DNA of 64,000 nt from Candidatus Borkfalkia excrementigallinarum (lineage in GTDB: Bacteria > Bacillota > Clostridia > Christensenellales > Borkfalkiaceae): positions 5,475 through 69,474 of the forward strand of contig DXCQ01000020.1 of NCBI GenBank assembly GCA_019115885.1. The letters are read 5' to 3'. The translations under genes and the position numbers were made by a program. This document shows positions 1 through 9,933 of the stretch, piece after piece. The notes beneath the pieces were generated by a model. The model saw nothing but the letters and a program-made list of their open reading frames with translations, ran no database searches and was not told the DNA's origin. The number at the start of each line of letters is the position of its first letter. Within the stretch, counting starts at the first letter, position 1.

Positions 1-1
1 C

Positions 2-868
2 GCGCTCACGCAGGAAAATATATTCGTCATGAGCGACGAAAGGGCGTTCACGCAGGACATACGTCCGCTGGAGATCGCCATTTTGAACCTCATGCCCACC
101 AAAGTGGAAACGGAAACGCAGTTCATGCGCCTCCTCTCCAATTCGCCCCTGCAGGTCAATATCACGCTGATCTATACCGAGTCGTATAAGAGCAAGAACA
201 CCGCCGCGGCGCACCTTGAAAAGTTCTATAAAAAATTCGACGATATCAAGGATAAACACTTCGACGGCATGATCATCACGGGCGCGCCCGTCGAGGTCAT
301 GCCCTTCGAGGAGGTCGCCTATTGGCAGGAACTGACCAAGATCTTCGATTTTGCGGACAGGAACGTTACGAGCACCATCTATATCTGTTGGGGCGCGCAG
401 GCGGCGCTGTATTATCATTACGGCATCGAAAAGCAGCTGCTGCCCACCAAACTGTTCGGCGTGTTCCCGCATAAAAAGATACTCGAACAGCACGATCCGC
501 TCCTGAAAGGCATCGACGACGTGTTCTATATCCCGCATTCGCGCCACACGACCGTGAATATCGAGGATGTGAAAAAGGTCAGCGACCTGGTGATCTTGAG
601 CGAGTCGGAGTATACGGGGCTGTCCATCGCCAAGTCGAAGGACAACAAAAAAATCTTTCTCACCGGGCATATGGAGTACGACCGCGACACGCTCAAAAAG
701 GAATACGAGCGAGACATAGCAAAGGGCCTGCCCATCGCGCCGCCGTTCAATTATTTCACCGACGACACGCACACGCGCGTCAAAGTTACCTGGACGAGCG
801 CGGCGAATCTGTTCTATACGAATTGGCTGAATTATTACGTCTATCAGGTCACGCCGTTTGTGTTTTAA
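2..868 (+). CDS. metA: Homoserine O-acetyltransferase (MetA/HTS family), 5' end outside the window
   Basis: Frame is open from base 2 ([16 protein letters not shown]...). Motifs [39 protein letters not shown]. Glu in GAPVE is the residue associated with acetyl-CoA specificity. Confidence 0.95.
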   Translation, partial: ALTQENIFVMSDERAFTQDIRPLEIAILNLMPTKVETETQFMRLLSNSPLQVNITLIYTESYKSKNTAAAHLEKFYKKFDDIKDKHFDGMIITGAPVEVMPFEEVAYWQELTKIFDFADRNVTSTIYICWGAQAALYYHYGIEKQLLPTKLFGVFPHKKILEQHDPLLKGIDDVFYIPHSRHTTVNIEDVKKVSDLVILSESEYTGLSIAKSKDNKKIFLTGHMEYDRDTLKKEYERDIAKGLPIAPPFNYFTDDTHTRVKVTWTSAANLFYTNWLNYYVYQVTPFVF

Positions 869-996
869 AACAGCAATGTTATGAAAAGCTAACGTTTGTC
901 TTTTTTGAGAACGGAAAATTTTTGGATGACTTGACAGAAGGGTTTTTCTGTGTTATACTGTGTAACACAATTTAATTGCTGATGATAGGGGGGATA

Positions 997-1481
997 ATGA
1001 AAACAATAATTCAGCATCAAAATTATGGTGAAATAACCTACGAAGAGAGCTTTTGGACGGGAAAAAGAATTTAAGTGTAGGCGGAGAGGCTTTAACAAAA
1101 ATTTCGAAAAAAGAGTTTTTAACGAGCAGCGATGAGCACTGGACACTAAAAGGTAACTACTTGAGCGGTGTTGTGTTGAATACGGGTTCCGAAGAAATTC
1201 GTTTAACACCCGTTTTAAAATGGTACGAAATAGTATTATCTGTTCTGCCTTTTATACTGATTATGGTGTGGGGGAACAGCACTGCTCTATTTCAGATAGT
1301 TCCCGTAGTGGGCGGAGCGATCGGCGGGCTGATCAGTGCTTTATGCTGTGTCGTAAATCTTTTTATTATTAAACCTATTCGTCAAATTTGGTTAAAAATA
1401 ATTATTTCGATAGTTTTTGTCGGAGTGGCTTTTTTGCTCTGCTGGTTGATCGCCGTTGCGATACTCTCGGCGGCCGCTTAA
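997..1481 (+). pseudogene. Membrane protein gene split by a -1 frameshift at about 1059-1067
   Basis: SD AGGGGGGA then ATG at 997 gives MKTIIQHQNYGEITYEESFWTGK followed by a stop at 1072. The -1 frame continues KNLSVGGE... to 1481 with about 3 hydrophobic segments. Confidence 0.7.
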
Positions 1482-1563
1482 ATTGAAATTTACGGCGATG
1501 CAGGCGGAACGCACAACGGGCGTTCCGCCTGCACATGAAAAGCGATTTTTTCATATAGTACAT

Positions 1564-1942
1564 GGGGCAGCACCGGTTTCGATTGCCGGTGCGCGGAAAG
1601 GTAAGCACGCAGAGGAACGAGTGGCCTCTATAAAACATTCGGCCTAAATTTAAATGCAGATAACAATGCAAACTACAACGCTAACGCTCAGTTGGCGTAC
1701 GCTGCTTAATTCACGTTAAGCGGTTCGTTCGCATCTCTTTCCCGTCGGGAGGCTGCGGGCGTCATTTGAGGCGGGGAACGGCCGCTTTGCTTTGAAATCG
1801 GCAGGGCGGCGGAATTTTGATTTCTGCCGGTATGTTCTTTCGGTCGCAGAGGGGCATATCGTAAGATAATTGCGACATAAGCGTGTAGAAAGCCTTTTGG
1901 CAATCCGGTAAGACGCGAGTTCAACTCTCGCCTGCTCCACCA
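1564..1942 (+). ncRNA. ssrA: tmRNA; tag ORF 1656-1709 encodes ADNNANYNANAQLAYAA*
   Basis: 5' GGGGCAG pairs with 3' CTGCTCC-ACCA, including the G3.U pair. T-arm GCGAGTTCAACTCTCGC. Resume codon GCA after TAAAT, and the tag ends in AA*. Confidence 0.95.
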
Positions 1943-1944
1943 GC

Positions 1945-1994
1945 GATCTTAAACTCATTCAAAGATAAAATTGAGTGGGTTTAAGATCTTTTTT
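1945..1994 (+). terminator. Intrinsic terminator after tmRNA
   Basis: GATCTTAAACTCATTCAA / TTGAGTGGGTTTAAGATC stem followed by a T6 tract. Confidence 0.75.
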
Positions 1995-2192
1995 ATGCCT
2001 AAATTTGGCAAATCGGGCTGATTTAAGCATTATATGTGGGTGAATCCTCACTAAAAAGAGCATATTTCTTCTTGCAAATAATTTAAACATCGGAATATGT
2101 ATGTTTATAAATTTAAAACTCAAGAATATGTGAGTTATATTGACAATGTAATATAGTTTTGATAGAATAGTAAAAAGAGAAGGAGCTATTTT

Positions 2193-2777
2193 ATGGGATT
2201 AGAAAAATTTGATGATGCGATTGCAGAATATATAGAAACAAAGCGAAAACATACAATAAAAGCATTGAAAATGGCTCAGCTTTCTGATAGTGAAATTGAT
2301 CAATATTGTGCTGAGATAGAAAAGGAAATCCTTGGTTTTGTTAAATGTAATGAGCCATACGCGCAATTGCTTATGGACTTAGAACACATTCATTCTAAAA
2401 AATACAATTTGTATTCTCTTACAGAGATTGCAAAGAAGAAAAATCATGACAACCCTAGTTATGTTATCCAAAGTTGGCTCAGAGATATAAATACTTTGCA
2501 GTTTTTATATTTGTGGGAGAAAGATAACAATCAATATTTTATCGAAGAAGCCGCAAAAGAATTGATAGAGAAAACAAAGCAACCTTCATTCACAATGACC
2601 GCAAAATTATGGATAAAGAATACCCGGGCAATAGGGATCAGATCAAAACAAGGACATGGAGGAGGTACACTTGTTAGTCAAGAAATAGCGATTGACTTTA
2701 TAACATGGGTGTTTCCGGAAAAGAGATATGAATTGTCAAAACTAATAGTCAACAAAATTATGCAGTTGAAGGATTAG
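2193..2777 (+). CDS. KilA-N (APSES-like) domain DNA-binding protein
   Basis: SLTEIAK...VIQSWLR...TLQFLYLWE...TAKLWI...IRSKQGHGGGT...IAIDFITW pattern; SD GGAG; AT-rich. Confidence 0.8.
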   Translation: MGLEKFDDAIAEYIETKRKHTIKALKMAQLSDSEIDQYCAEIEKEILGFVKCNEPYAQLLMDLEHIHSKKYNLYSLTEIAKKKNHDNPSYVIQSWLRDINTLQFLYLWEKDNNQYFIEEAAKELIEKTKQPSFTMTAKLWIKNTRAIGIRSKQGHGGGTLVSQEIAIDFITWVFPEKRYELSKLIVNKIMQLKD

Positions 2778-2825
2778 ATTTTAACAAAAAAGGGGGAGTG
2801 TATATACGTCATATAGAAGTGATTA

Positions 2826-3123
2826 GATGATTTTACGAAGACAACTAAAGACCTTGTAGCTCAAAGGGGCATATAGATGCTCTTTTAAAAATTGTGGAGT
2901 TGATACTATGGGGTTTCAGTAGGGAGATGCATCAAAATCTAATAACAAGGGAATTGCTTGTCACATTTGTGCAGCTTTGTTTGGTGGGCCAAGATATGAT
3001 CCAAAGAGAGTGGTACCTTAAAATTGTTTTTGGATGTGCCTCACGCATGCAGAACTTATTGATCATGATTTAAATAAATATTCGGTAGAATTATTACGTG
3101 AATAGAAAAAAGAAACTGAAGTA
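2826..3123 (+). pseudogene. Degenerate HNH endonuclease-like gene
   Basis: Conceptual translation with one frameshift and three stops: DDFTKTTKDLVAQR/AYRCSFKNC...G*...KGIACHICAALFGGPRYDP...*NCFWMCLTHAELID...KYSVELLRE*K. Confidence 0.7.
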
Positions 3124-3161
3124 AGAACAGAATCTAATTTAATAAATTATAATTTTTCTAA

Positions 3162-4649
3162 AAGTCAATTAATGAAACATGGGGACAGGAATCTTCAACG
3201 ACAATCAAGCAGGTCAAAATTGTTCTGAAATCAGAAGAAGATACGACGTTCAGGGGGACGTTATCGTTAGATTATGCCTGCACGGAATTCGACGACCGTT
3301 TGCCTACCAATCCGAGTATATATATTGCCGCGGTAAAAAATGTCGTTGAATATTCGCAAGATGCGGAATTTTTAGATCAGGTTTTGCCTTATGCGCGCCG
3401 TGCGATGAATTATCTGCTATATCAGTTACAAGGAGAAGAAGGTTTGATTAGCACGGAAAATTTGGTAGGGCACTATAATAAGGGATTGCATACCAAAGGT
3501 TCGGGCATGGCATCAGGCTATTGGAATGTTCTTGCTATGCCGACAGTAAATATTTATGCCAATATTTATTTTTATGATGCTCTTGTCGCCATGAGTTATT
3601 TGGAAAAGATGGCTGAATTTTATAATGTGGAAAATTTTAGTGAGGTCGTGACAACAGAAGATATAAAAAATGATAAGGTTTACACCTATTCGCAAACGGG
3701 TGAAAGCTTGGATGCGCTTGCGGAGAAGTGTAAGACGAAGATGCAAACGGAGTTTTGGAATGAAGAAACGGGGCGCTTTCATGCCGGTTGCTATGATACT
3801 TCGGCAGGTGGAGTGCAGGACCACGGTTACCTTTTTTTCAATGAACAATTGATTGCCAGCGGTATTGCAACGCAGGAACAGACCGAATCGGTAATGAAAT
3901 GGATAAACGGTGAAAGAGAAATTGCAAGCGACGAAAGTCGTGGAGAGGATATTTATTATTTCGAATTTGCACCGCGATTTAATACGGATGATGTCGAAAC
4001 GGATTTATATTGGGGATACAGTACAACATGGAACGGAAATGTGCAAAATGGCGGGGCAGCGTTGCATCAATCTTATTACGATTTGCTCGCTCAAGCGGCC
4101 GTTAATAAAGATACTTCTTTTACTCGTTTAAAGAATATCCAACAGTGGTATGAAAAAGTGCAGACGGCGGGTGGCGAAGGCCTTGATTTTTATCGGGAGT
4201 ATTATAAGGATATTCCGGATATGCCTTTGCAGGGAAACGATACGCAAGGTATTTTAGGTTTGGATTTCGAATGGTTGGAAGCCGCACTTTTATTTGCGGC
4301 CGTACCGGATGCGTATTTCGGACTTTCCGCCGACTATAATAATACGTTATGTGTTGAACCGTCGCTTCCTACTTCATTAGATTTTTGGAAAATAGAAAAT
4401 CTTACATTTAACGGTTACTATTATGATTTATCGATCGGGCATTATTTTGTTGAGATTAGCGACATTTTAGAGTATAAAGACGGAAGCGGTTCAGAAAATG
4501 CCGAAATTCGAATAGTTTTCGACAAACCGAGTTTTGATTTCAAACTTTATTTGGATGATAAAGAAACATCGGATTATGTAATCAGTGGAGATCAACTGAT
4601 TATTACGATCCCGTTTGAAGATATAAAAGTTGAAATTAAAAAAGTTTAA
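3162..4649 (+). pseudogene. 5'-truncated glycoside hydrolase-like (six-hairpin glycosidase-like) protein
   Basis: Frame is open from 3162 (after TAA at 3159) with no ATG or SD before the TTG at 3300. Helical acidic/aromatic core (FWNEETGRF, DHGYLFFNE) and a beta-rich C-terminus. Confidence 0.55.
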
Positions 4650-4656
4650 CAGTTTG

Positions 4657-4712
4657 AAGCACCTGTTGAAGTCAGGATCCCAAAGGTTCAAATTCAACAG
4701 GTGCTTTGTTTA
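4657..4712 (+). terminator. Hairpin terminator
   Basis: AAGCACCTGTTGAA / TTCAACAGGTGCTT perfect 14-bp arms followed by a T-rich tail. Confidence 0.7.
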
Positions 4713-4963
4713 TTTAAGTCCTGTTTGAAATCCGTAGTTGTTTTTATAAGTTTATCCGTAAACTTGGATTATAAGACTTGAATGCTGTCGTTGGTATTAG
4801 GGTAATAGTCCGAGAATCAAAATCCATCGGCTTATTTTGTGACGTTGGGCTGTTTTTGCAATTGCGATAGTGCATATTCTGCTTTTTGAAAAGAATGCTT
4901 GCGCCATGCCTTTCGGTTATGATATAATAATAAATGAAAAAGAAAGCATGACGGGAGGACGGT

Positions 4964-5851
4964 ATGGAACTTCGGGTACTGCGCTATTTTTTGACGCTTG
5001 CGCGGGAGAACAATATTTCGAGGGCGGCAGAGGCTCTGTTTATCACGCAGCCCACATTGTCGCGCCAGCTCGCAGAATTGGAGGAGGAGCTGGGAGTAAA
5101 ACTGTTCGAGCGGGGCAAACGGAAGATCACTCTCACGGAGGACGGGATGCTCCTGCGCCGCCGCGCCGAAGAGATGATCGAGCTGGAAGATAAAGTTGAG
5201 AGGGAATTCCGGCAGCGCAACGACAATTTGAGCGGCGTGATCTCCATCGGGGCGGCGGAAACAAAGGCTGTGGAAATACTTCCCAAGCTGATCACCTCTT
5301 TCCGTGAAAAATATCCCGCCGTCACCTTCGACATCCAGTCGGATATCGCTACTTCGGTAAAGGAGGGGATCGACCGCGGTGTGTTGGATATCGGGCTGGT
5401 GATCGAGCCGGGCGATATCGATAAGTACAACTTTATTCCGCTCGGTATCGACGATCGCTGCGGGATCTTGATGAGCACGCAGTCGCCGCTCGCGCAAAAG
5501 GAGTACGTTACGGTGAACGATCTCGTCGGCTTGCCCGTGATCGCAAACAAGCGCGCATCGGTGCAGTCCTTTTACCGCAGCGCGCTGGGTGAAACGTATG
5601 ACAAACTGAATGTGATCGCCACGCACAACCTCGTCAACAACGCGGCGCATTTTGCCCGCCAAAATCTCGGCTATGTGTTCACCGTCGAGGGCACGGTCAA
5701 CGGCAACAACAATTACGGCACCTGTTTCCGCCCCTTTTATCCGGAGATACGCCAATCGACCTTTATCGTCTGGAAAAAGTATCAGCCGCTGGCGCGTGCG
5801 GTCAAAAAATTCACGGAAGAGATCGCAATGCTTTTCGGGCATGATGATTGA
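4964..5851 (+). CDS. LysR-family transcriptional regulator
   Basis: MELRVLRYFLTLARENNISRAAEALFITQPTLSRQLAELEEELGVKLFER HTH; SD GGAGG. Confidence 0.95.
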   Translation: MELRVLRYFLTLARENNISRAAEALFITQPTLSRQLAELEEELGVKLFERGKRKITLTEDGMLLRRRAEEMIELEDKVEREFRQRNDNLSGVISIGAAETKAVEILPKLITSFREKYPAVTFDIQSDIATSVKEGIDRGVLDIGLVIEPGDIDKYNFIPLGIDDRCGILMSTQSPLAQKEYVTVNDLVGLPVIANKRASVQSFYRSALGETYDKLNVIATHNLVNNAAHFARQNLGYVFTVEGTVNGNNNYGTCFRPFYPEIRQSTFIVWKKYQPLARAVKKFTEEIAMLFGHDD

Positions 5852-5950
5852 TACGAAACAAGTATTTTACATATGTGCGCGAAACGCTTATAATAGAAGT
5901 GCAAGAGGGAAAGAACCGATTGCGCTTCTATTTTTTTAGCGGAGAAGAAA

Positions 5951-6289
5951 ATGCGGTTTCGGGAACTGTGCACGCGGTGCAGCCTGTGCGAGCGCGAGGT
6001 CGAATATTATAAACAAAAGGGTCTGTTCGGTGCGGATTTTGGTGCGAATACCGAACTCACCTGCTCTCAGCTCAACCTGTGGGGTTCCATCGCCTTTTTT
6101 CGCAAGGCAGGGTTGAGCGAAGAAAAAACGGCGGAATACCTATCCGCCAGCCGCATTCCCGAAAAGCGCGGGGTGTGTATTCGGATATTGCAGGAACTGC
6201 GGTGCGATCTGGCCGATTGTATGCACGAAAAAGGGGAGATGCTCGATAAGGTCGACTATCTCCTGTACGAATTGCGCGCGAAAAATTAG
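5951..6289 (+). CDS. Divergent MerR-like regulator
   Basis: EREVEYYKQKGLF wing-like motif and a C-terminal coiled coil LDKVDYLLYEL; SD GGAG; lies between LysR and CMD genes. Confidence 0.55.
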   Translation: MRFRELCTRCSLCEREVEYYKQKGLFGADFGANTELTCSQLNLWGSIAFFRKAGLSEEKTAEYLSASRIPEKRGVCIRILQELRCDLADCMHEKGEMLDKVDYLLYELRAKN

Positions 6290-6312
6290 GGAGCATAATA
6301 AAGGAGAGTAAA

Positions 6313-6864
6313 ATGGATATTTCAGAATCGGCAAAAAATTATATCGAAAAAATGTTTGCGGGTGCGGCAGTGCCGCCGCTTGCAGAAACCGACCCCGAAT
6401 TTGCGGCGCTGTTTGCCAATTTCGCCTTCGACGAGGTGGTCAAGCAGGACGATTTGGACGATAAAACGCGCTTTATCGCCATTTTGGCGGCGCTCGTCGG
6501 CTGTCAGGGAGTGGATGCGTTCAAGGGGATGCTGCACGCCGCGCTGAATTTCGGCGTAACGGCCGAGGAGGCGCGTGAGATCGTCTATCAGGCGGTCGCC
6601 TATCTCGGAATCGGCAGGGTATTGCCCTTTTTTGCCGCCGCGAACGAGGTGTTTGCCGCAAGCGGCATATCTCTGCCGCTCGATGGCTGTGCTGTCGTTA
6701 CGGCGGAAAACCGTTTGGAGCGTGGCGAGCAGACGCAGGTGGATATCTTCGGGGAGGGGATGCGCGGGTTTTCGAAATCTGGTCCGCAGGAGAGCCGACA
6801 CATCAATCGTTGGCTCTCCGCCAACTGCTTCGGGGATTACGAAGAATACAATAAATTGCCCTAA
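6313..6864 (+). pseudogene. Carboxymuconolactone decarboxylase-family protein, 3'-truncated
   Basis: First CMD domain present (FANFAFDEV...ALVGCQG...EIVYQAVAYLGIGR). The second domain stops right after ANCFGDY, with an unrelated EEYNKLP* tail. Confidence 0.7.
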
Positions 6865-6918
6865 ATTCGCGTGTGGTGCGGCGTTCGGCAGGGACGGCGC
6901 GCCGAAAGCGGATAACGC

Positions 6919-6958
6919 AAGCCGCGGAGAAAGCGATCGCTTTCTCCGCGGCTTTTTT
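6919..6958 (+). terminator. Intrinsic terminator
   Basis: AAGCCGCGGAGAAAGCG / CGCTTTCTCCGCGGCTT followed by a T tract. Confidence 0.85.
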
Positions 6959-7006
6959 AATATATAAGGGTGTTGTGTGGACAAACTATGTAACAAAAAA
7001 ACAGCA

Positions 7007-7222
7007 TCAGCAATTATGTTCGAAGATATCTAAAACGAGGTATACGGGTTCGTTCAGATCGTTGCGCAGTTGGCAGTGATAGTGCGGGTGGTCTTCTAAA
7101 TAAGAATGAAGAGTTTCGAGCAGTTTATCGAAGGTTTCTTCGCTGATATCGGCTTCGAAAGTGGCGCCGCGCTCATCGTTTTCATATTCTTTAAAGTTGC
7201 AAACGGAAACAGTAATGCGCAT
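7007..7222 (-). CDS. Small acidic hypothetical protein (71 aa)
   Basis: MRITVSVCNFKEYENDERG...; purine-rich region upstream of ATG 7222; protein-like composition. Confidence 0.5.
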   Translation of the reverse strand: MRITVSVCNFKEYENDERGATFEADISEETFDKLLETLHSYLEDHPHYHCQLRNDLNEPVYLVLDIFEHNC

Positions 7223-7444
7223 ATCGGGTCCCTGCCTTATCCATATTTTTCGACGGGAGGATGCTCCGTCTCCCGTAAAACTTTGTAATGCTCTATTTTT
7301 GTACGAAAGACAGCTGCTGTTCAAAATTTCTGCTTTATTTTTACAAAAATAGCTTAACTTGCCTATATAATAACATATAATCAAAAATAATACAACAATT
7401 TATTTACAATAATTACAAAATTTGGCAAATTTTTTACAAAATAG

Positions 7445-8167
7445 ACGGAACAGCTTCCCGCCGATCTGTCCGGCTACAAGGCGGCGGGCAATCGTTTCAA
7501 TTCCTCCGTCACCATAACGGAGGTAACGGGGCGCGATAACAATTGGCGCATCACCGAAGACGGCGCCCTCACCATTGCGACGACGGATATCGAATATATG
7601 GCGCGCTTCGGCGGCCTGTATGTCCGCAGCGATGATTTCGTGTACAGCGGAACGATCACGTTCGATAAGACGGGCGTCGATTTCTGGGACGGCGCGCGCT
7701 TCGTGATCGGCTACAATGACCCGACCGAATTTGAAGTGATCGATTTCCAGCGGGGCGGGATCTTCTATACGAAACGCACGAACGACGTTTCCACCGGATG
7801 GCAGCATTATACGAGCGTGCCATATCTGTTTAAGCAGGGCGAGTCGTACGATTTTGCCATCAAAGTCATCGACGGAAAACTGTACGTCGATGTAAACGGC
7901 GATCGTATCATCGACGGTTATGCCATGCCCGCGGACAGGTGCGAAAAGGGCTTCGGCGTGTTCAATTCCAAATCCGCATTTACGATCGAAAATCTCGTGA
8001 TCTCCGAATTGGAAAAGGAGGAGAACAACGGCGGCGGAGGAACGACTACCCAACCAGAGGAACCCGGCTGCGGCGGCTCTTTGGCGGGTTATTCCGCGGC
8101 GGCAGCGGCGGTAGCTTTGGGCTGCGCCTGCGCAGTCGCCTTGATCGTCCGCAAAAAGAACAATTGA
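7445..8167 (+). pseudogene. 5'-truncated cell-surface beta-rich protein with a C-terminal GCGGS-TM-basic tail
   Basis: Frame is open from 7445 after TAG with no start or signal peptide. Ends in a low-complexity linker, then EPGCGGSLAGYSAAAAAVALGCACAVALIVRKKNN*. Confidence 0.65.
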
Positions 8168-8187
8168 TGTAAAGCATAAATGCTTGG

Positions 8188-8220
8188 GCGGCCCGAAAGT
8201 TTACCAAACTTTCGGGCCGC
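8188..8220. terminator. Hairpin terminator
   Basis: GCGGCCCGAAAGTTT / AAACTTTCGGGCCGC perfect arms. Confidence 0.75.
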
Positions 8221-8450
8221 TAAACTTTTGGGGCAAACATTCTGAATGGGGCAATATTATATCAAATAAGGATAGTTTTTTACTCAAACAGTGTCCTTGT
8301 TTAATGTAATAAAATCTGTTATAATAAAAACAAGAGAATTTGAACCGGAAGCGGGCGCGTTCGGCGGAGAGCATCTTGCGCATTGAATGCGGGGAGCGAA
8401 CGCCGTTTCTTCGCCCGAAAAAACAAGAAAAAGAATCGGGAGGAATTTCA

Positions 8451-9701
8451 ATGAACAGATACGAACAGGCAAAGGAAAAATTTGCCAAGTACGGAGTAAA
8501 CACGGATGCGGCGATCGAGGCGCTCGCCAAAATTCCCGTATCCATCCATTGCTGGCAGGGCGACGACGTTATCGGCTTTGACGGCGGCGGCGCTGCGAGC
8601 GGCGGCATTCAAACGACGGGCAACTATCCCGGCCGCGCGCGCACGCCCGAAGAATTGATGGCGGATATCCGCACGGCATTCTCGCTGATGACGGGCAAAA
8701 AGCGCCTGAATTTGCACGCGAGCTATGCTTTTCTCGGCAAAGAGCAGGGCAAGGTAGACCGCGACGCTTACCGCCCCGATCATTTCGCGCCTTGGGTCAA
8801 GTTCGCCAAGGAGATCGGGCTGGACGGCATCGACTTTAACCCCACCTGTTTTTCGCACCCGATGGTCAAAGACGGGCTCACCCTCTCGCATCCCGATGCG
8901 AACGTGCGCAAGTTCTGGATCCGTCATTGCCAGGCGTGCCTGAAAATCGCTGAATATTTTGCGGACGAATTCAATTCGCACTGCCTCGTGAACATTTGGG
9001 TTCCCGACGGGCTGAAAGACGTTCCCGCCGACAGGCTCACGCCCCGCCTGCGCCTGAAAGATTCGTTGGACGAAATCCTCTCCGTGTCCTATGATAAGAA
9101 AAAGGTGCGCGTTGCCGTGGAAAGCAAAGTTTTCGGCATCGGCGTAGAGAGCTACACGGTCGGCAACAACGAATTTTATCAGAACTACGCGGCGACGCGC
9201 GGCATCTGCTGCCTGCTCGACAACGGGCATTATCATCCCACGGAAGTCGTTTCGGATAAAATCCCCGCCCTTCTCGCTTTCTACGATACGGTCGCGCTGC
9301 ATGTCACGCGCGGCGTCCGTTGGGACAGCGACCACGTTGTTCTTCTCGAAGACGAGCTGAAAGAGATCTGCAAGGAGATCGTCCGCAACAATGCGACGGA
9401 AAAGGTGATGATCGGTTTGGACTACTTCGATGCGAGCATCAACCGCATTTCTGCCTGGGTAGTGGGCGAGCGCAACGTGCAAAAGGCGCTGCTGTTCGCG
9501 CTGCTGCAGCCGAACGATACGCTCAAAGCGATGCAGGATGCGGCCAACTTCACCGAGCAGATGGTGTTGCAGGAGGAGATGAAAACGCTCCCTTACGGTG
9601 ACGTTTGGGAGGAGTACATCGCGCGCAACAAGTTCGCCGGCGCCGATTGGTTCGAAACGGTGCGCGAATACGAGTGCAAAGTTCTCAAAGACAGAAAATG
9701 A
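8451..9701 (+). CDS. rhaA: L-rhamnose isomerase
   Basis: VSIHCWQGDDV, TGNYPGRAR, DFNPTCFSHP, ESKVFGIGVESYTVG, LHVTRGVRWDSDHV, GLDYFDASINR; SD GGAGG, ATG 8451. Confidence 0.95.
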   Translation: MNRYEQAKEKFAKYGVNTDAAIEALAKIPVSIHCWQGDDVIGFDGGGAASGGIQTTGNYPGRARTPEELMADIRTAFSLMTGKKRLNLHASYAFLGKEQGKVDRDAYRPDHFAPWVKFAKEIGLDGIDFNPTCFSHPMVKDGLTLSHPDANVRKFWIRHCQACLKIAEYFADEFNSHCLVNIWVPDGLKDVPADRLTPRLRLKDSLDEILSVSYDKKKVRVAVESKVFGIGVESYTVGNNEFYQNYAATRGICCLLDNGHYHPTEVVSDKIPALLAFYDTVALHVTRGVRWDSDHVVLLEDELKEICKEIVRNNATEKVMIGLDYFDASINRISAWVVGERNVQKALLFALLQPNDTLKAMQDAANFTEQMVLQEEMKTLPYGDVWEEYIARNKFAGADWFETVREYECKVLKDRK

Positions 9702-9883
9702 TCATAGCATGACCACGAAGGGCGCCCTTTAAACAGGGCGTCCTTTTATATACCGCGGAACTTCTCAAACAGAGAAAAAGAACGGGAGAACCCGGAATGC
9801 CTATTTTTTCATTGTAAATTCGGCAAGTTTCGGCAAAAAAGGAGAAAATTGGCAAAAGATGGGAACATTTTGTTTTCACTCGT

Positions 9884-9891
9884 CATACAAT
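9884..9891 (+). promoter_or_regulatory. Possible SigE-type -10 element
   Basis: CATACAAT matches the SigE -10 consensus upstream of a YlmC-family sporulation gene; the -35 is not convincing. Confidence 0.4.
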
Positions 9892-9933
9892 GATGGTATG
9901 GCGCGGCATTCCGCCGCAGGAGGAGCGCGTGGT

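Noticed and set aside
6865-6918. GC-rich stretch before the terminator as a possible riboswitch
   Set aside because: No recognisable aptamer motif and no downstream gene on that strand
7380-7445. Repeated TTTACAA motifs as a possible array
   Set aside because: Short, irregular and AT-rich; not CRISPR-like; may be chance
1943-8200. Intact prophage or ICE at tmRNA
   Set aside because: No integrase, structural or conjugation genes and no attR found
8448-9482. 344-aa minus-strand ORF (and similar ORFs opposite LysR, asnA, aroB, aroC, aroA and asd)
   Set aside because: Shadow frames of well-supported genes
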